64,000 nt of DNA from Malacoraja senta (lineage: Eukaryota). Shown here in pieces: positions 56,101 through 64,000 of the stretch. Position numbers and translations under genes: made by a program. Each line of letters opens with the position of its first letter. Positions within the stretch are counted from its first letter, which is position 1. Location: NCBI GenBank assembly GCA_038087875.1, contig CM075991.1, positions 11,842,001 to 11,906,000 of the forward strand. The letters are read 5' to 3'. The notes under the pieces were generated by a model. That model saw only the letters and a list, made by a program, of their open reading frames with translations, searched no databases and was not told the DNA's origin.

Positions 56101-59100
56101 CATGCGCCTGCCTGTTCTACCATACCATTTATAGTCTCTTTCAACTCATCACTATTCTCTTTACATTGCACAATATTGCCACAAATCGTCCCAAGAATTA
56201 TTTTTAAGTGAAACGAAATTTGAAGACGCCAATCTTTAGACAGAATGTTACTTGTTTAATGTTGCATAAATTAGTGTTAATTTTACTGTTTTGAGCAAGT
56301 TTAAACTATTCCCCACTTGGTGTTTGGCAATAACTGAGTTGTTTAAAGATGATGTGGCTCGTGGTGGGAGAGGAATATTTAATCAATCTGTATCATCCAG
56401 CTCATCAAGACAATTCCTTTCACAAAGACAGGCACAGAGTGCTGGAGTAACACAACGGGTCAGGCAGCATCTCTGAAGAACATGGATAGGTGACATTTTC
56501 TTCAAATCCGAAACGTCACCTATTCATGTTCTCCAGAGATGCTCCCTGACCCGCTGAGTTACTCCAGCACTTTGTGCTTATCTTTGGTATAACCCAGCAT
56601 CTGCAGTTCCTTTATATTACATCCTTTCTCAGAAAACTGGATTTTATTGCAACTCGTTTAAGAAGGAACTGCAGATGCTGGAAAAATCAAAGGTAGACAA
56701 AAAATGCTGGAGAAACTCAGCGGGTGAGGCAGCATCTATGGGGGGAAAAGGAGTAGGCGACGTTTTGGGTCTCGACCCGAAACATCACCTATTCCTTCGC
56801 TCCATGGATGCTGCCTCGCCCGCTGAGTTTCTCCAGCATTTTTTGTCGACTTTTATTGCAACTTATCTAGTTTGACGGTGCAATTCTCTGCACAGTTGCT
56901 GCCTGATCACCAAATCGTGCAATCAATGAAAAATATTGGCCTGTTCACACTTAGTTTAATCTGTAAGAATGATAGTTCTTAAACTTGTTTACATACTGCA
57001 CACAATGTACTAGTACAATTCAATCCATGTTTCCTTTTCATTGCAAATATACCCAAAATAAGTCTCTCTGGGTTGGGTTTGCCCGACTGTTCAAGAATTG
57101 AATTTTTACTTGTGCTGCTTGTTTTTCTGACAATTGATAAAGATTGGTGAATTGTTAACTCTCTCTTTTACCTGCCTTTTTTGAACAGGGTGTCTGCCGG
57201 TTACCAGAAGAGAGTGATGGCAGTGAATATCCATTCAGGAGAATTGACATCAGGTGAGTTAATTAAATAAAGATTAAACAAAATGCTCTTTCCATCGGGT
57301 ATTGGACCAGCAAGTAGAAGATGGGTGGCACCACTTTAAAAAGTAAAAGACACAGGAACTTTAATTAAACTCACACTAAAGTGTCTGCAATTAATTAAAA
57401 ACATTAAGATCAAGAAAAATAGATAAACTATAGATTAAGATAAAGAGAAAAGGGTGGCACGGTGGCGCAGCGGTAGAGTTGCTGCCTTACAGCGCTTGCA
57501 GCACCGGGTGCTGTTTGTAAGTAGTTCGTATGTTCTCCCGGTGACCCGCGTGGGTTTTCTCCAAGATCTTTGTTTCCTCCCACACTCCAAAGACGTACAG
57601 GTTTGTAGGTTAATTGGCTTGGTATAAGTGTAAATTGTTCCTTGTGTGGGTAGGATAGTGTTAATGTGCGGGGATCACTGGTCGGCGCGGACTAGGTAGG
57701 CCGGAAGGGCCTGTGTCCGCGCTGCATCTAAACTAAAACTAAAGGAAAATCAATTTTAACCTTGGAATAAAAATAAAGATGATTGAGAGGAAGGTCAGTC
57801 AGCATCTGTGGAGAGGAATAGCCGATGAACAAGTGGTTGCTAAATTGCACATGAGATTAAAACATGAAAAAGTGATTTTGTTTTAGTGCATAACTGTAAA
57901 AATTAACAATATATGCCGAAATATAACTTTGTTGGCTGTTTCAGAATGGTAGTCTTCAATTGGTTTTTATCTCTGTGGTCATTGGGAGCCCTTCGTTGCT
58001 TCCAACAATAGTGATCGTGATAGCTAGCTTCACCATTACATTTATGTACTTGTATTCATGTATTCCAAATGGATATTCCAAATTGCACGGTTTTTAAATA
58101 TTGGGCAAGTGAACAGGTTTCCCAACGCGAATGAGTTGAGGAATGAACCATCTCCATTGTTCAGTAGCTTATTGTACTTTGGATAAAGGTTGCTAACTGT
58201 GTATGTTTCCCCTGCAGGCTCATTCCAAAGGATCAGTATTTCTGTGGTGTGCTTTATTTCACTGGAAGTGATCTTTTTAACAAGAACATGAGGACCCAGG
58301 CCCTGGAAAAAGGCTTCACATTGAATGAGTACACTATTCGTCCATTGGGAGTGACAGGTAGGAGCTAAATGCTTTTGGAAGAATAGAGACACAAGAAACT
58401 GCAGGTGCTGGGATTGTGCGCAAAGCATAAAGTGCTGGAGGAACTCAGCTGGTCAGGCAGCATCTGTGGAGAGAACAGATGGACCTGAGGACCTCCTGGT
58501 GGCGAGCAGGGGTGCAAAGGGACTAGACATCATGGTGAAGATGTGGAGATGGTGCCTAAAAATTGAGGTTGCTGACATGGTGCAGAACATGTGAGGTGTC
58601 TCGGATGTAGATCAGGACTGGACAAGGGTGGACCAGGTAGGACTGAGCTATTTGGAGATGAGTTACTGGAGAATATTCTGAGGGGTAAGACAAATATATG
58701 CATTTGGATAGACAGGGGCTGACCAGGGCTAGTCAGCATGGTTTTGTATATGGGCGAATGTGTCTTATGAATCTTGAGTTTTTTGAAGAAGCAACCAAAA
58801 AGATGATTGAGAACAAGGCCATGTACGTCTATATGGACTCAACAACCATTTGATAAGGTTTTACATGGTAGGCTGGATTGAGACACTTCTTCAGATGTAG
58901 GTTAGATCTTATGGGATCCACTGAGTCAAATAAATGCGCAGTCTTTTACTCAGTAGGGGGATTCAAGAACCAGGGGAGAGAGATTTATGGTGAGATTTGA
59001 AACTTTTAATAAGAATCTGAGGGGCAACCTTTTCCACAGAGGATGGTGGGTATATGGAATGAGCTGCCAGGGGAGATAGTTGAAGCAGGTATTGTAGCAA

Positions 59101-62100
59101 CATTCAAAAGACATTTGGACAGGTTCATAGATAGGAAAGGTTTAGATGGGCATGGGCCAATTGTGGGCAGGTAGGACTAGTGTAGATGGGGCATCTTGCT
59201 CAGCATGGGCAAGTTGGGCCGAAGGGCCTGTTGCTGTGCTGTATGACTCTATTACTTTATTATAACTATTTTGCAGAATGTGCAAAGATTTAAACATATC
59301 ATCTATTCCCACATAACACTCCAAACCATAAAGGAATTGTAGCCAACATTACCAATGCTGGTGAGCGATATGGGAACAAGAGCATGCTTAAAATATTGCG
59401 GCTAAAATCACTGAATAGCTGACAAAATTATGTGGTCTCAATGCTGGCAATGGTGTGAACCGGATTACCATAATGCGCCAAGTTTCTTCTGCAAGATAAA
59501 CAAATATCAAAGATGGACACAAAATGCTTTAATAACTCAGCGGAACGGGCAGCATTTCTGGATGGATGGAATGGGAGATGATTCGGGTCGAAACCCTTCT
59601 TCAGAGGTCAGGGTCTGAAGAAGTGTCTCAACCTGAAATGTCACCCATTCCTTCTCCCCAGAGATGTTCCCTGACCCGCTGAGTTAGTCCAGCTATATGT
59701 GCCCAACGTTATCGCTCTTAGGGCTAACAAAATCAAGGGATATGGAAAGAAAGCATTTGGATGATCAGCCATGATCGTATTGAAAAAGGTACGACTCTTT
59801 GGGCGACTACTCACGACCATACAGGCGTCATGTGTCGACATGTCGCGGGGTGAGGCCTGTATGGCCGTGAGTAGTCACCCAAAGAGTCGTGCCTTTTTCT
59901 GGTCGCCTCTGGATTTTCAATATTTTTAGAATTTTCGGCGACCTGCTGTGACTATGACGGGTGCCGGCAAGTCGCCGAAAAAAATCACGTAAGTGGGACA
60001 GGCCCTTTAGTGTATTCTCCATCCCTGAATATTCTGGGTTTTATTTTGGATTTCTAGCACCTATGTTTTTTTTTGTTTAATTTAAAAAAGCAAAATTAAC
60101 TTGCAAATTAAAAGCTGAAAATGTTTATTAAATGCATCACAGCACTGCTTGACCCCACGGGGAGTACTATACATCGTTTTCGTCTCCAAGAAAGAAAAGA
60201 ATTGGAGGAGACTCAAAAAGATTCATGATGTTAATATGAGAGGATATTACACTTTTATATAATCATTAAAGGGATGTGGGCTTCACTATTTAATTGCCCA
60301 TCCTTAGTTGCCAATGGAAAGGTGCTTAAGATCTGCCTTGAAACCTAGTAATCCATGAGGTTGCAGGCATGGTCGCACAGTCTGTCTCCCAGTGACCACA
60401 TGGTTTTCCTCCGGGTTCTCTAGTTTCCTCCCACAACCCAAAGATGTGCAGGTTGGTAGGTTTACTGGCAATAGACAATAGGTGCAGGAGTAGACCATTC
60501 GGCCCTTCGAGCCAGCACCGCCATTCAATGTGATCATGGCTGATTATCCCTAATCAGTACCCCGTTCCTGCCTTCTCCCCATATCCCCTGACTCTGCTAT
60601 TACTAAGAGCCCTATCTAGTTCTCTCTTGAAAATATCCAGAGAACCGGCCTCCATTGCCCTCTGAGGCAGAGAATTCCACAGACTCACAACTCTGTGAGA
60701 AAAAGTGTTTCCTTGTCTCCGTTCTAAATGGCTTACCCCTTATTCTTAAACTGTGGCCCCTGATTCTGGACTCCCCCAACTTCGGGAACATGTTTCCTGC
60801 CTCTAGCGTGTCCAAACCCTTAATAATCTTATATGTTTCAATAAGATGCCCTCTCATCCTTCTACACTCCAGCGTATACAAGCCCAGCCGCTCCATTCTC
60901 TCAGCATATGACAGTCCCGCCATCCCGGGAATTAACCTTGTAAACCTACGCTGCACTCCCTCAATAGCAAGAATGTCCTTCCTCAAATTAGGGGACCAAA
61001 ACTGCACACAATACTCCAGGTGCTCCTGGTGCTGTAAATTGTGTGTAGGGAATTGATGACAATATGGAGAGAGTAAAGTTGGATATGATTGGTGGGTGGT
61101 TGATGGTCAGTATGGAGTCAGTGGGCCGAAGGGCCTGTTTCAGTGCTGTATCTCTCTATGACTCTACAATAATTTTGTATAATATGTTTATAATGTTGGG
61201 AGTAGAGGATGGGAGGCATATGTCGAGCAGGAGAGCTTGGTTGAAAAACTAGTTTGTTATAGATTTGATACCACGTATGTTAGACAACATCTAAAGATGT
61301 TGGTTTCAATAAGATACATTTAAAAAAAAATATTTTCTACTCAAAGAAACCTTAGAGAGAATTCAATAAACATCTGTACTGTGGTATGATATGTTTTTGA
61401 TTGTGGTGTGAAAATAGCTTTCCAATCTCATGAAGTTTCAATGGTTTGGGTCACCCCTACTAAGAGAAATGCAATTTAAATAATTTAGTTCTGGGTGGTA
61501 AGAAAGGGATGCTTTCACAGATGGTCAATGCTAGGGGAGAGATTCTAAATTACAAGTGGTAAGTTCATTGAAAACTGAAAGGTCTGTTTCATTGTGAAGT
61601 TACATGTGTGGGAAGAGAGTTTCTATGCCAATGACCACGTTCTGATGTGAAATTAGTGTGTTAGGCTGCCCTAGACTGCATGGGATGCAAATGATTGTCT
61701 GGCACCAGACCTACCGGTGAGGTGTTCAAATCCCTTGTACAACATACGCTGTGGAGAAAAGCACAAAATGCTGGAAGTCAGCGGGTCGAACAGCATCTTG
61801 GGGTGGTGGGGGGGAATCGACAGACTCACGACCAAACAGGCTGACAGTCACCCCACGACATGTCGACACGTGACGCCTGTATGGTCGTGAGTAGTCGCCC
61901 AAAGAGTCGTACCTTTTTCTGGTCGCCGCTGGATTTTCAACATGTTGAAAATTTTCGGCCACCTGCTGCGACTATGGCAGGTGCCGGCAAGTCACCGAAA
62001 AAATCACCTAAGTGGGACAGGCCCTTAAGGAAGAACCCCAATACGAAACGTTGCCTGTCCGTTTTCCCTCCACAGATGCTGCCTGACCTGCTAAGTTACT

Positions 62101-63379
62101 CCAGCACTTCATATTTTGCTCTGGATTCCATCATCTGCAGATCCTTGTATCTTCATGAGCTGTGATGGCTAGGTTAGAAATGTCAACATTTCTCTGTCTC
62201 TACAGCTGCTGCCTGTTCTTACCGCCATCTAGTCTTTGCTCCACCTTCCACAGCTGCAGTTGCTTGTGTCTCCATCCCATTACTGCTCAGATTCTCATAG
62301 AGTCATCGACCATGGAATCAGACCCTTCGGCCCAACTTGCCCATACCGACCAGGATGCCCCATCTACTGTAGTGCCACCATTCCGTGTTTGGTCCATATA
62401 CCTCAACCTCTCCTATCCATGTACCTGTCCAAATGTCTTTTCAATGCTGTCTTAAATGAAGATGCTTTTTAAATGCTTTTCAATGAAGATAGATAAATGC
62501 AGTCAGTACCTGCCTCAATTTGCCTCACCACCCCCTTCAAGTAAGCTTTCTTCAATTCTTTTGAAGTATGCTTGGAAGAAGTTCTCCTCTCTCCAATTTG
62601 AGTTCTAAGAGTCCTCTCTCATTGTGCTCACTCTGTCATTTTGACTGCCCTTCGTCTCTTCACTACCAGCCAGTTTCACCCTTCCTGCTCACCTCTTTAT
62701 TCTGGCTCGCCTTCCTCTACACCAGGGGTGGGCAATATGTTCTGCATGGGGGGCCAGGATGCATGTCTGTCACGTGTACACATGGATCCCGCCCCCATCC
62801 CGCCCCGGATGGCAGGCATCAAATCACGTACTCACAGAAGGTGGAATAAAATGCTGGAGAAACTGAGTGGGTGAGGCAGCCTCATGCAATCCTTGCATGT
62901 CTCACCCGCTGAATTTCTCCTGCATTTTTGTCTACCATCGATTTTTCCAGCATCTGCAGTTCTTTCTTAAACGTGTTCACAGAAGGTGCGCGGCCGTGTC
63001 GGTGGCTTTGCGCAGGATGCGGTACGGCCAGCGCTTGGCGCCCTTCGGGCCGGATGATTACAGGGGGAAAATATCCGCCTGCGGCCCAGATGATTTCGGG
63101 TTAAGGGCCGCATTAGGTTGCCGACCCCTGCTCTACACTCTGTACAGACAGCACCTGAGGGAAGGATCAAACCAAGGTCTCTGATGCTGTAACTCTACTG
63201 CCACGCCAGTTTCCTTGCACACTGAGTTGATGTATTGAGTGGAATGGTTGTTGCATCATTGACATTGTGCTGTGTTGACTACAGGAATCCCTGGTGAACC
63301 ACTACCAGTGGAGAGTGAAAGCGACATCTTTGAATACATTGAATGGCAATACCGGGAACCGAAAGAACGAAGTGAGTGA
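23048..63379 (+). CDS. POLB: DNA polymerase beta, 14 exons, 335 aa: 23048-23108, 24161-24218, 25198-25264, 25442-25516, 26564-26622, 27208-27257, 28055-28106, 30085-30139, 31519-31591, 32323-32393, 39959-40045, 57189-57253, 58218-58357, 63285-63379
   Basis: Exon sizes 61/58/67/75/59/50/52/55/73/71/87/65/140/95 sum to 1008 nt. All junctions GT-AG and in phase. K72, D190/D192 (GDMD), D256 (RRIDIR), Y271/F272 and R283 are retained. Confidence 0.98.
23140..23910 (+). repeat. Homopyrimidine minisatellite (19-bp unit TTCCCCTTCCCCTCTCTCC, then variants) in POLB intron 1
   Basis: About 12 near-perfect 19-mers to ~23405; nearly purely C/T for ~770 bp. Confidence 0.95.
24161..24218 (+). CDS. POLB: POLB exon 2
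   Basis: [20 protein letters not shown]. Confidence 0.97.
24655..24948 (-). mobile_element. HE1-type V-SINE
   Basis: Near full-length reverse copy. Confidence 0.88.
25198..25264 (+). CDS. POLB: POLB exon 3
   Basis: [22 protein letters not shown]. Confidence 0.97.
25442..25516 (+). CDS. POLB: POLB exon 4
   Basis: [25 protein letters not shown]. Confidence 0.97.
26182..26507 (+). mobile_element. RTE/BovB-clade LINE 3' end
   Basis: [20 protein letters not shown]...[22 protein letters not shown] (C2H2), (GAT)n tail. Confidence 0.8.
26564..26622 (+). CDS. POLB: POLB exon 5
   Basis: [20 protein letters not shown]. Confidence 0.97.
27208..27257 (+). CDS. POLB: POLB exon 6
   Basis: [16 protein letters not shown]. 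Confidence 0.97.
27541..27752 (-). mobile_element. HE1-type V-SINE (diverged)
   Basis: Reverse V-core gaaacccacgtggtcacagggagaacgtacaaactcc. Confidence 0.75.
28055..28106 (+). CDS. POLB: POLB exon 7
   Basis: [18 protein letters not shown]. Confidence 0.96.
30085..30139 (+). CDS. POLB: POLB exon 8
   Basis: [18 protein letters not shown]. Confidence 0.97.
30291..30575 (-). mobile_element. HE1-type V-SINE
   Basis: Near full-length reverse copy. Confidence 0.88.
30821..31019. mobile_element. Fold-back Penelope-derived mini-element with intact hammerhead core; 16-bp TSD
   Basis: TTGGAAACTATTTCAC at 30805-30820 and 31022-31037. Confidence 0.88.
30888..30922 (+). ncRNA. Minimal hammerhead ribozyme motif (intact core)
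   Basis: CTGAAGA-A-GGGTT(TC)GGCCC-GAAAC-GTT; predicted cleavage after 30919. Confidence 0.6.
31519..31591 (+). CDS. POLB: POLB exon 9
   Basis: [25 protein letters not shown]. Confidence 0.97.
31925..32125 (+). mobile_element. Penelope-like element relic (RT C-terminus / linker)
   Basis: Decayed MSSF..KRGFP...[20 protein letters not shown] reading. Confidence 0.65.
32323..32393 (+). CDS. POLB: POLB exon 10 (catalytic D190/D192)
   Basis: [24 protein letters not shown]. Confidence 0.97.
32660..33072 (+). mobile_element. Penelope-like element 3' end: GIY-YIG C-terminus, 3'UTR, hammerhead motif and tail
   Basis: [42 protein letters not shown], then CAGTCTGAAGAAGGGTCTCGACC (32941) and the same tail as the fold-back elements, ending TTCTTAAAC. 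Confidence 0.85.
33335..33524. mobile_element. Fold-back Penelope-derived mini-element
   Basis: Central AGGTGACGTTTCGGGTCTCGACCCGAAACGTCACCT; TATATGGG at 33327-33334 and 33530-33537. Confidence 0.82.
34378..34548. mobile_element. Fold-back mini-element inside a Rex-like relic; 15-bp TSD
   Basis: AAAGATAGTCTGAGG at 34363-34377 and 34549-34563. Confidence 0.82.
35428..35587. mobile_element. Fold-back mini-element; 10-bp TSD
   Basis: CTCAATATTG at 35416-35425 and 35587-35596. Confidence 0.82.
36815..36849 (+). ncRNA. Minimal hammerhead ribozyme motif (core intact, weakened stems)
   Basis: GGT-CTGAAGA-A-GGGGC(TC)GACCC-GAAAC-GTC; predicted cleavage after 36845. Confidence 0.5.
37855..38000 (-). 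mobile_element. CR1-type LINE 3' end
   Basis: aataggtgcaggagtaggccatt...; (TAGACAA) tail. Confidence 0.85.
38132..38491 (-). mobile_element. tRNA-derived CORE-SINE with L2-type tail, resembling teleost AFC-family SINEs
   Basis: Minus strand: A box TGGCGCAATGG, B box GGTTCGAATCC, core GTCGTTGTGTCCTTGGGCAAGACACTTCACCC, L2 tail TGTAAAGCGCCTTGAG...AAAGGCGCTATATAAAT, (ATT)n end. Confidence 0.8.
38950..39435 (-). mobile_element. Older CR1-type LINE fragment
   Basis: Reverse aggacatagg-tttaaggtgaga / cttggatgatgccaggac motifs. Confidence 0.7.
39959..40045 (+). CDS. POLB: POLB exon 11
   Basis: [29 protein letters not shown]. Confidence 0.97.
40238..41195 (+). mobile_element. HE1 V-SINE (40238-40448 plus 41094-41195) split by a Rex1/Babar LINE 3' fragment (~40450-41090)
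   Basis: SINE halves are collinear; insert ORF 40593-40913 reads [25 protein letters not shown]...FPTAIRLLN, followed by a GACAATAAA/(CTTGA)n tail. Confidence 0.85.
41200..41690 (-). mobile_element. Older CR1-type LINE fragment
   Basis: Minus ORFs: [36 protein letters not shown]. Confidence 0.8.
42700..43888 (+). mobile_element. Decayed Rex1/Babar-like LINE (EN/RT relic)
   Basis: Relic YTFADDITV (43590) and gactaccgcccagtgg motifs; many stops. Confidence 0.65.
43889..44200 (+). mobile_element. HE1-type V-SINE (young)
   Basis: A/B boxes TGGCGCAGCGG / GGTTCGATCC, V-core, (AAACT)n tail. Confidence 0.9.
44912..47030 (+). mobile_element. HE1-like SINE (44912-45135 plus 46946-47030) split by the CR1 insertion
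   Basis: SINE 3' part resumes ...gggtgatc...ggtgggcccaagggcttgtttccatgctgcatctctaaa after the LINE. Confidence 0.75.
45136..46945 (-). mobile_element. CR1-type LINE, 5'-truncated (~1.8 kb) with RT domain
   Basis: Minus ORFs: [45 protein letters not shown]; one frameshift near 46015; (CATAGAAA)n tail. Confidence 0.95.
47140..47345. mobile_element. Fold-back element with two head-to-head hammerhead motifs
   Basis: ...gacgtttcgggtcgagaccctttttcagactg-atcagatt-cagtctgaagaaggttctcgacccaaaacatcaccc... Confidence 0.85.
47500..48066 (+). mobile_element. Rex1/Babar-like LINE 3' fragment with (ATTC)n tail
   Basis: [41 protein letters not shown]. Confidence 0.8.
48315..49947 (-). mobile_element. Full-length decayed Tc1-type DNA transposon with ~225-bp IR/DR TIRs
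   Basis: TIRs 48315-~48540 and ~49724-49947; TA at 49948-49949; internal direct repeats CCAT(A/T)ATGTTTGG. Confidence 0.92.
48569..49565 (-). pseudogene. Tc1 transposase pseudogene
   Basis: MKVKEAIMR..., [35 protein letters not shown]; in-frame stops and indels. Confidence 0.9.
50243..50275 (+). ncRNA. Minimal hammerhead ribozyme motif (best-preserved copy)
   Basis: GT-CTGAAGA-A-GGGTC(TC)GGCCC-GAAAC-GTC-AC; predicted cleavage after 50272. Confidence 0.68.
50600..50722. repeat. GT-rich tandem duplication (~44-bp unit twice)
   Basis: ctctgtgcccgtctctgcggggtctgtgcgtgtgtgtgtg occurs twice. Confidence 0.85.
50799..50956. mobile_element. PIF/Harbinger-type MITE fragment
   Basis: Ends GTAAGTGGGACAGGC; shares internal sequence with three other copies. 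Confidence 0.7.
53235..53430. mobile_element. PIF/Harbinger-type MITE fragment
   Basis: TAA|AGGGCCTGCCCCACTTACG left TIR. Confidence 0.72.
53852..54761 (+). mobile_element. L1-clade LINE 3' fragment with 16-bp TSD
   Basis: [10 protein letters not shown]...CDKC...H..VFC (ORF2 C-terminal Cys/His region), AATAAA plus A-rich tail; AGAAGATTCTCAGCAG at 53836-53851 and 54762-54777. Confidence 0.9.
55870..56080 (+). mobile_element. HE1-type V-SINE (partial)
   Basis: V-core and 3' part. Confidence 0.75.
56655..56850. mobile_element. Fold-back mini-element; 13-bp TSD
   Basis: TTTTATTGCAACT at 56642-56654 and 56851-56863. Confidence 0.85.
57189..57253 (+). CDS. POLB: POLB exon 12 (D256)
   Basis: [22 protein letters not shown]. 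Confidence 0.97.
57452..57742 (+). mobile_element. HE1-type V-SINE
   Basis: Head GGCACGGTGGCGCAGCGG, V-core, tail. Confidence 0.85.
58218..58357 (+). CDS. POLB: POLB exon 13
   Basis: [46 protein letters not shown]. Confidence 0.98.
58680..59250 (+). mobile_element. Old CR1-type LINE relic
   Basis: Decayed RT and 3' motifs ending gggccgaagggcctg. Confidence 0.6.
59783..60006. mobile_element. PIF/Harbinger-type MITE fragment
   Basis: Ends GTGGGACAGGCCCT|TTA; internally palindromic. Confidence 0.75.
60469..61022 (-). mobile_element. CR1-type LINE 3' fragment
   Basis: Minus ORF 60612-61007: [25 protein letters not shown]. Confidence 0.9.
61847..62025. mobile_element. PIF/Harbinger-type MITE fragment
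   Basis: Ends GTGGGACAGGCCCT|TAA. Confidence 0.75.
62723..63130. mobile_element. hAT (Charlie-like) MITE with 8-bp TSD, containing a fold-back element at 62844-62972
   Basis: TIRs CAGGGGTGGGCAA / TTGCCGACCCCTG; CTCTACAC at 62715-62722 and 63131-63138; inner TSD TCACAGAAGGTG at 62832-62843 and 62977-62988. Confidence 0.88.
63285..63379 (+). CDS. POLB: POLB exon 14 (stop TGA)
   Basis: [31 protein letters not shown]. Confidence 0.97.
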
Positions 63380-63596
63380 GTGCCACATGATGATCACGCA
63401 CAGAATCACCTGACAGAACACTCCGGGGTTCAGTGGGAGCGGGAATGTGCTGAATCTTGACAAGTAAAGAACCGAGTGAAATATATCAGAAGGAATTCTC
63501 AATAACTTTATTCAAGACCTTGGTAATGCGCATATGGCTAGCATGTTATGTATTTATAGAGATCAACGTTTGTACAACGTCCCATGCAGTAATATC

Positions 63597-63656
63597 AATA
63601 AAGCACAATTAGGGATCTGCGGTGTAGTATTTAATCATGAATGGAAAAATAATAAA
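63597..63656 (+). terminator. Candidate POLB polyadenylation signals
   Basis: AATAAA at 63597-63602 and 63651-63656. Confidence 0.5.
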
Positions 63657-64000
63657 TACAAAAATATCACATCATGTTTGTAAAACTAGTGGAGCAGAAG
63701 GGAAGTACTGGTCAGATAGCATCAAACAATGCAAACTACTGCAACATTCACAGTTAGACCATTTCCAAACTTAACTCAACGTCACTGATCATTTCCAATC
63801 AATCCTCTTTCATTCTTTTGATAAATGAGTAGTATATAGATTGTTTACTTAGTTGATCATTGCAAAGACAATAAATATTAATGTCCCATTCTCTACTTGG
63901 CTTGTACGCAGAATACTTTCACAAAAGATTTGCAAGAGGTTTACTTTGTGGTGGCAATGTGGGTCATCGTACCTCTGGCTAACGTGGATACTCTGAGTCG

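Noticed and set aside
40046-57188. Nested protein-coding gene (e.g. DKK4) in the large POLB intron, including ORF 54827-55213
   Set aside because: All sizeable ORFs map to TEs. 54827-55213 begins within a repeat tail and shows no recognisable homology or exon chain; no Dickkopf Cys pattern was seen.
2925-62972. CRISPR-like array of palindromic repeats
   Set aside because: Repeats are dispersed, carry TSDs, are irregularly spaced and lie in vertebrate introns; no cas genes.

Overview
Eukaryotic genomic DNA from a cartilaginous fish (elasmobranch, probably a skate or ray, judged from HE1-type SINEs and CR1/Rex/Penelope content), with a 200-N assembly gap at 24-223. Three intron-containing genes lie in tandem on the + strand. 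(1) The last 5 coding exons of IKBKB (1514-4930), ending in the NEMO-binding motif LDWSWL. (2) ENKD1, with a probable CpG-island first exon ending at 7571 and 7 coding exons at 10514-20373; one exon carries an apparent 1-nt frameshift. (3) A complete 14-exon POLB (23048-63379, 1008 nt, 335 aa). Introns are dense in transposable elements: HE1 V-SINEs, CR1, Rex/Babar, RTE and L1 fragments, a full-length decayed Tc1, two hAT MITEs, Harbinger-type MITEs and one teleost-like (AFC-type) CORE-SINE. The most striking unexplained structure is a very abundant (about 40 fragments by manual count) 100-220 bp element, often fold-back and flanked by 8-17 bp target-site duplications. Its centre is a minimal hammerhead-ribozyme core (CTGAAGA-A-stemII-GAAAC-GTH), and one copy is physically joined to a Penelope GIY-YIG endonuclease C-terminus. 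It looks like a non-autonomous, ribozyme-bearing Penelope derivative; four copies keep an intact core, all in sense orientation within ENKD1 and POLB introns. All coordinates were read by eye, TE boundaries are approximate, and no database searches were run.
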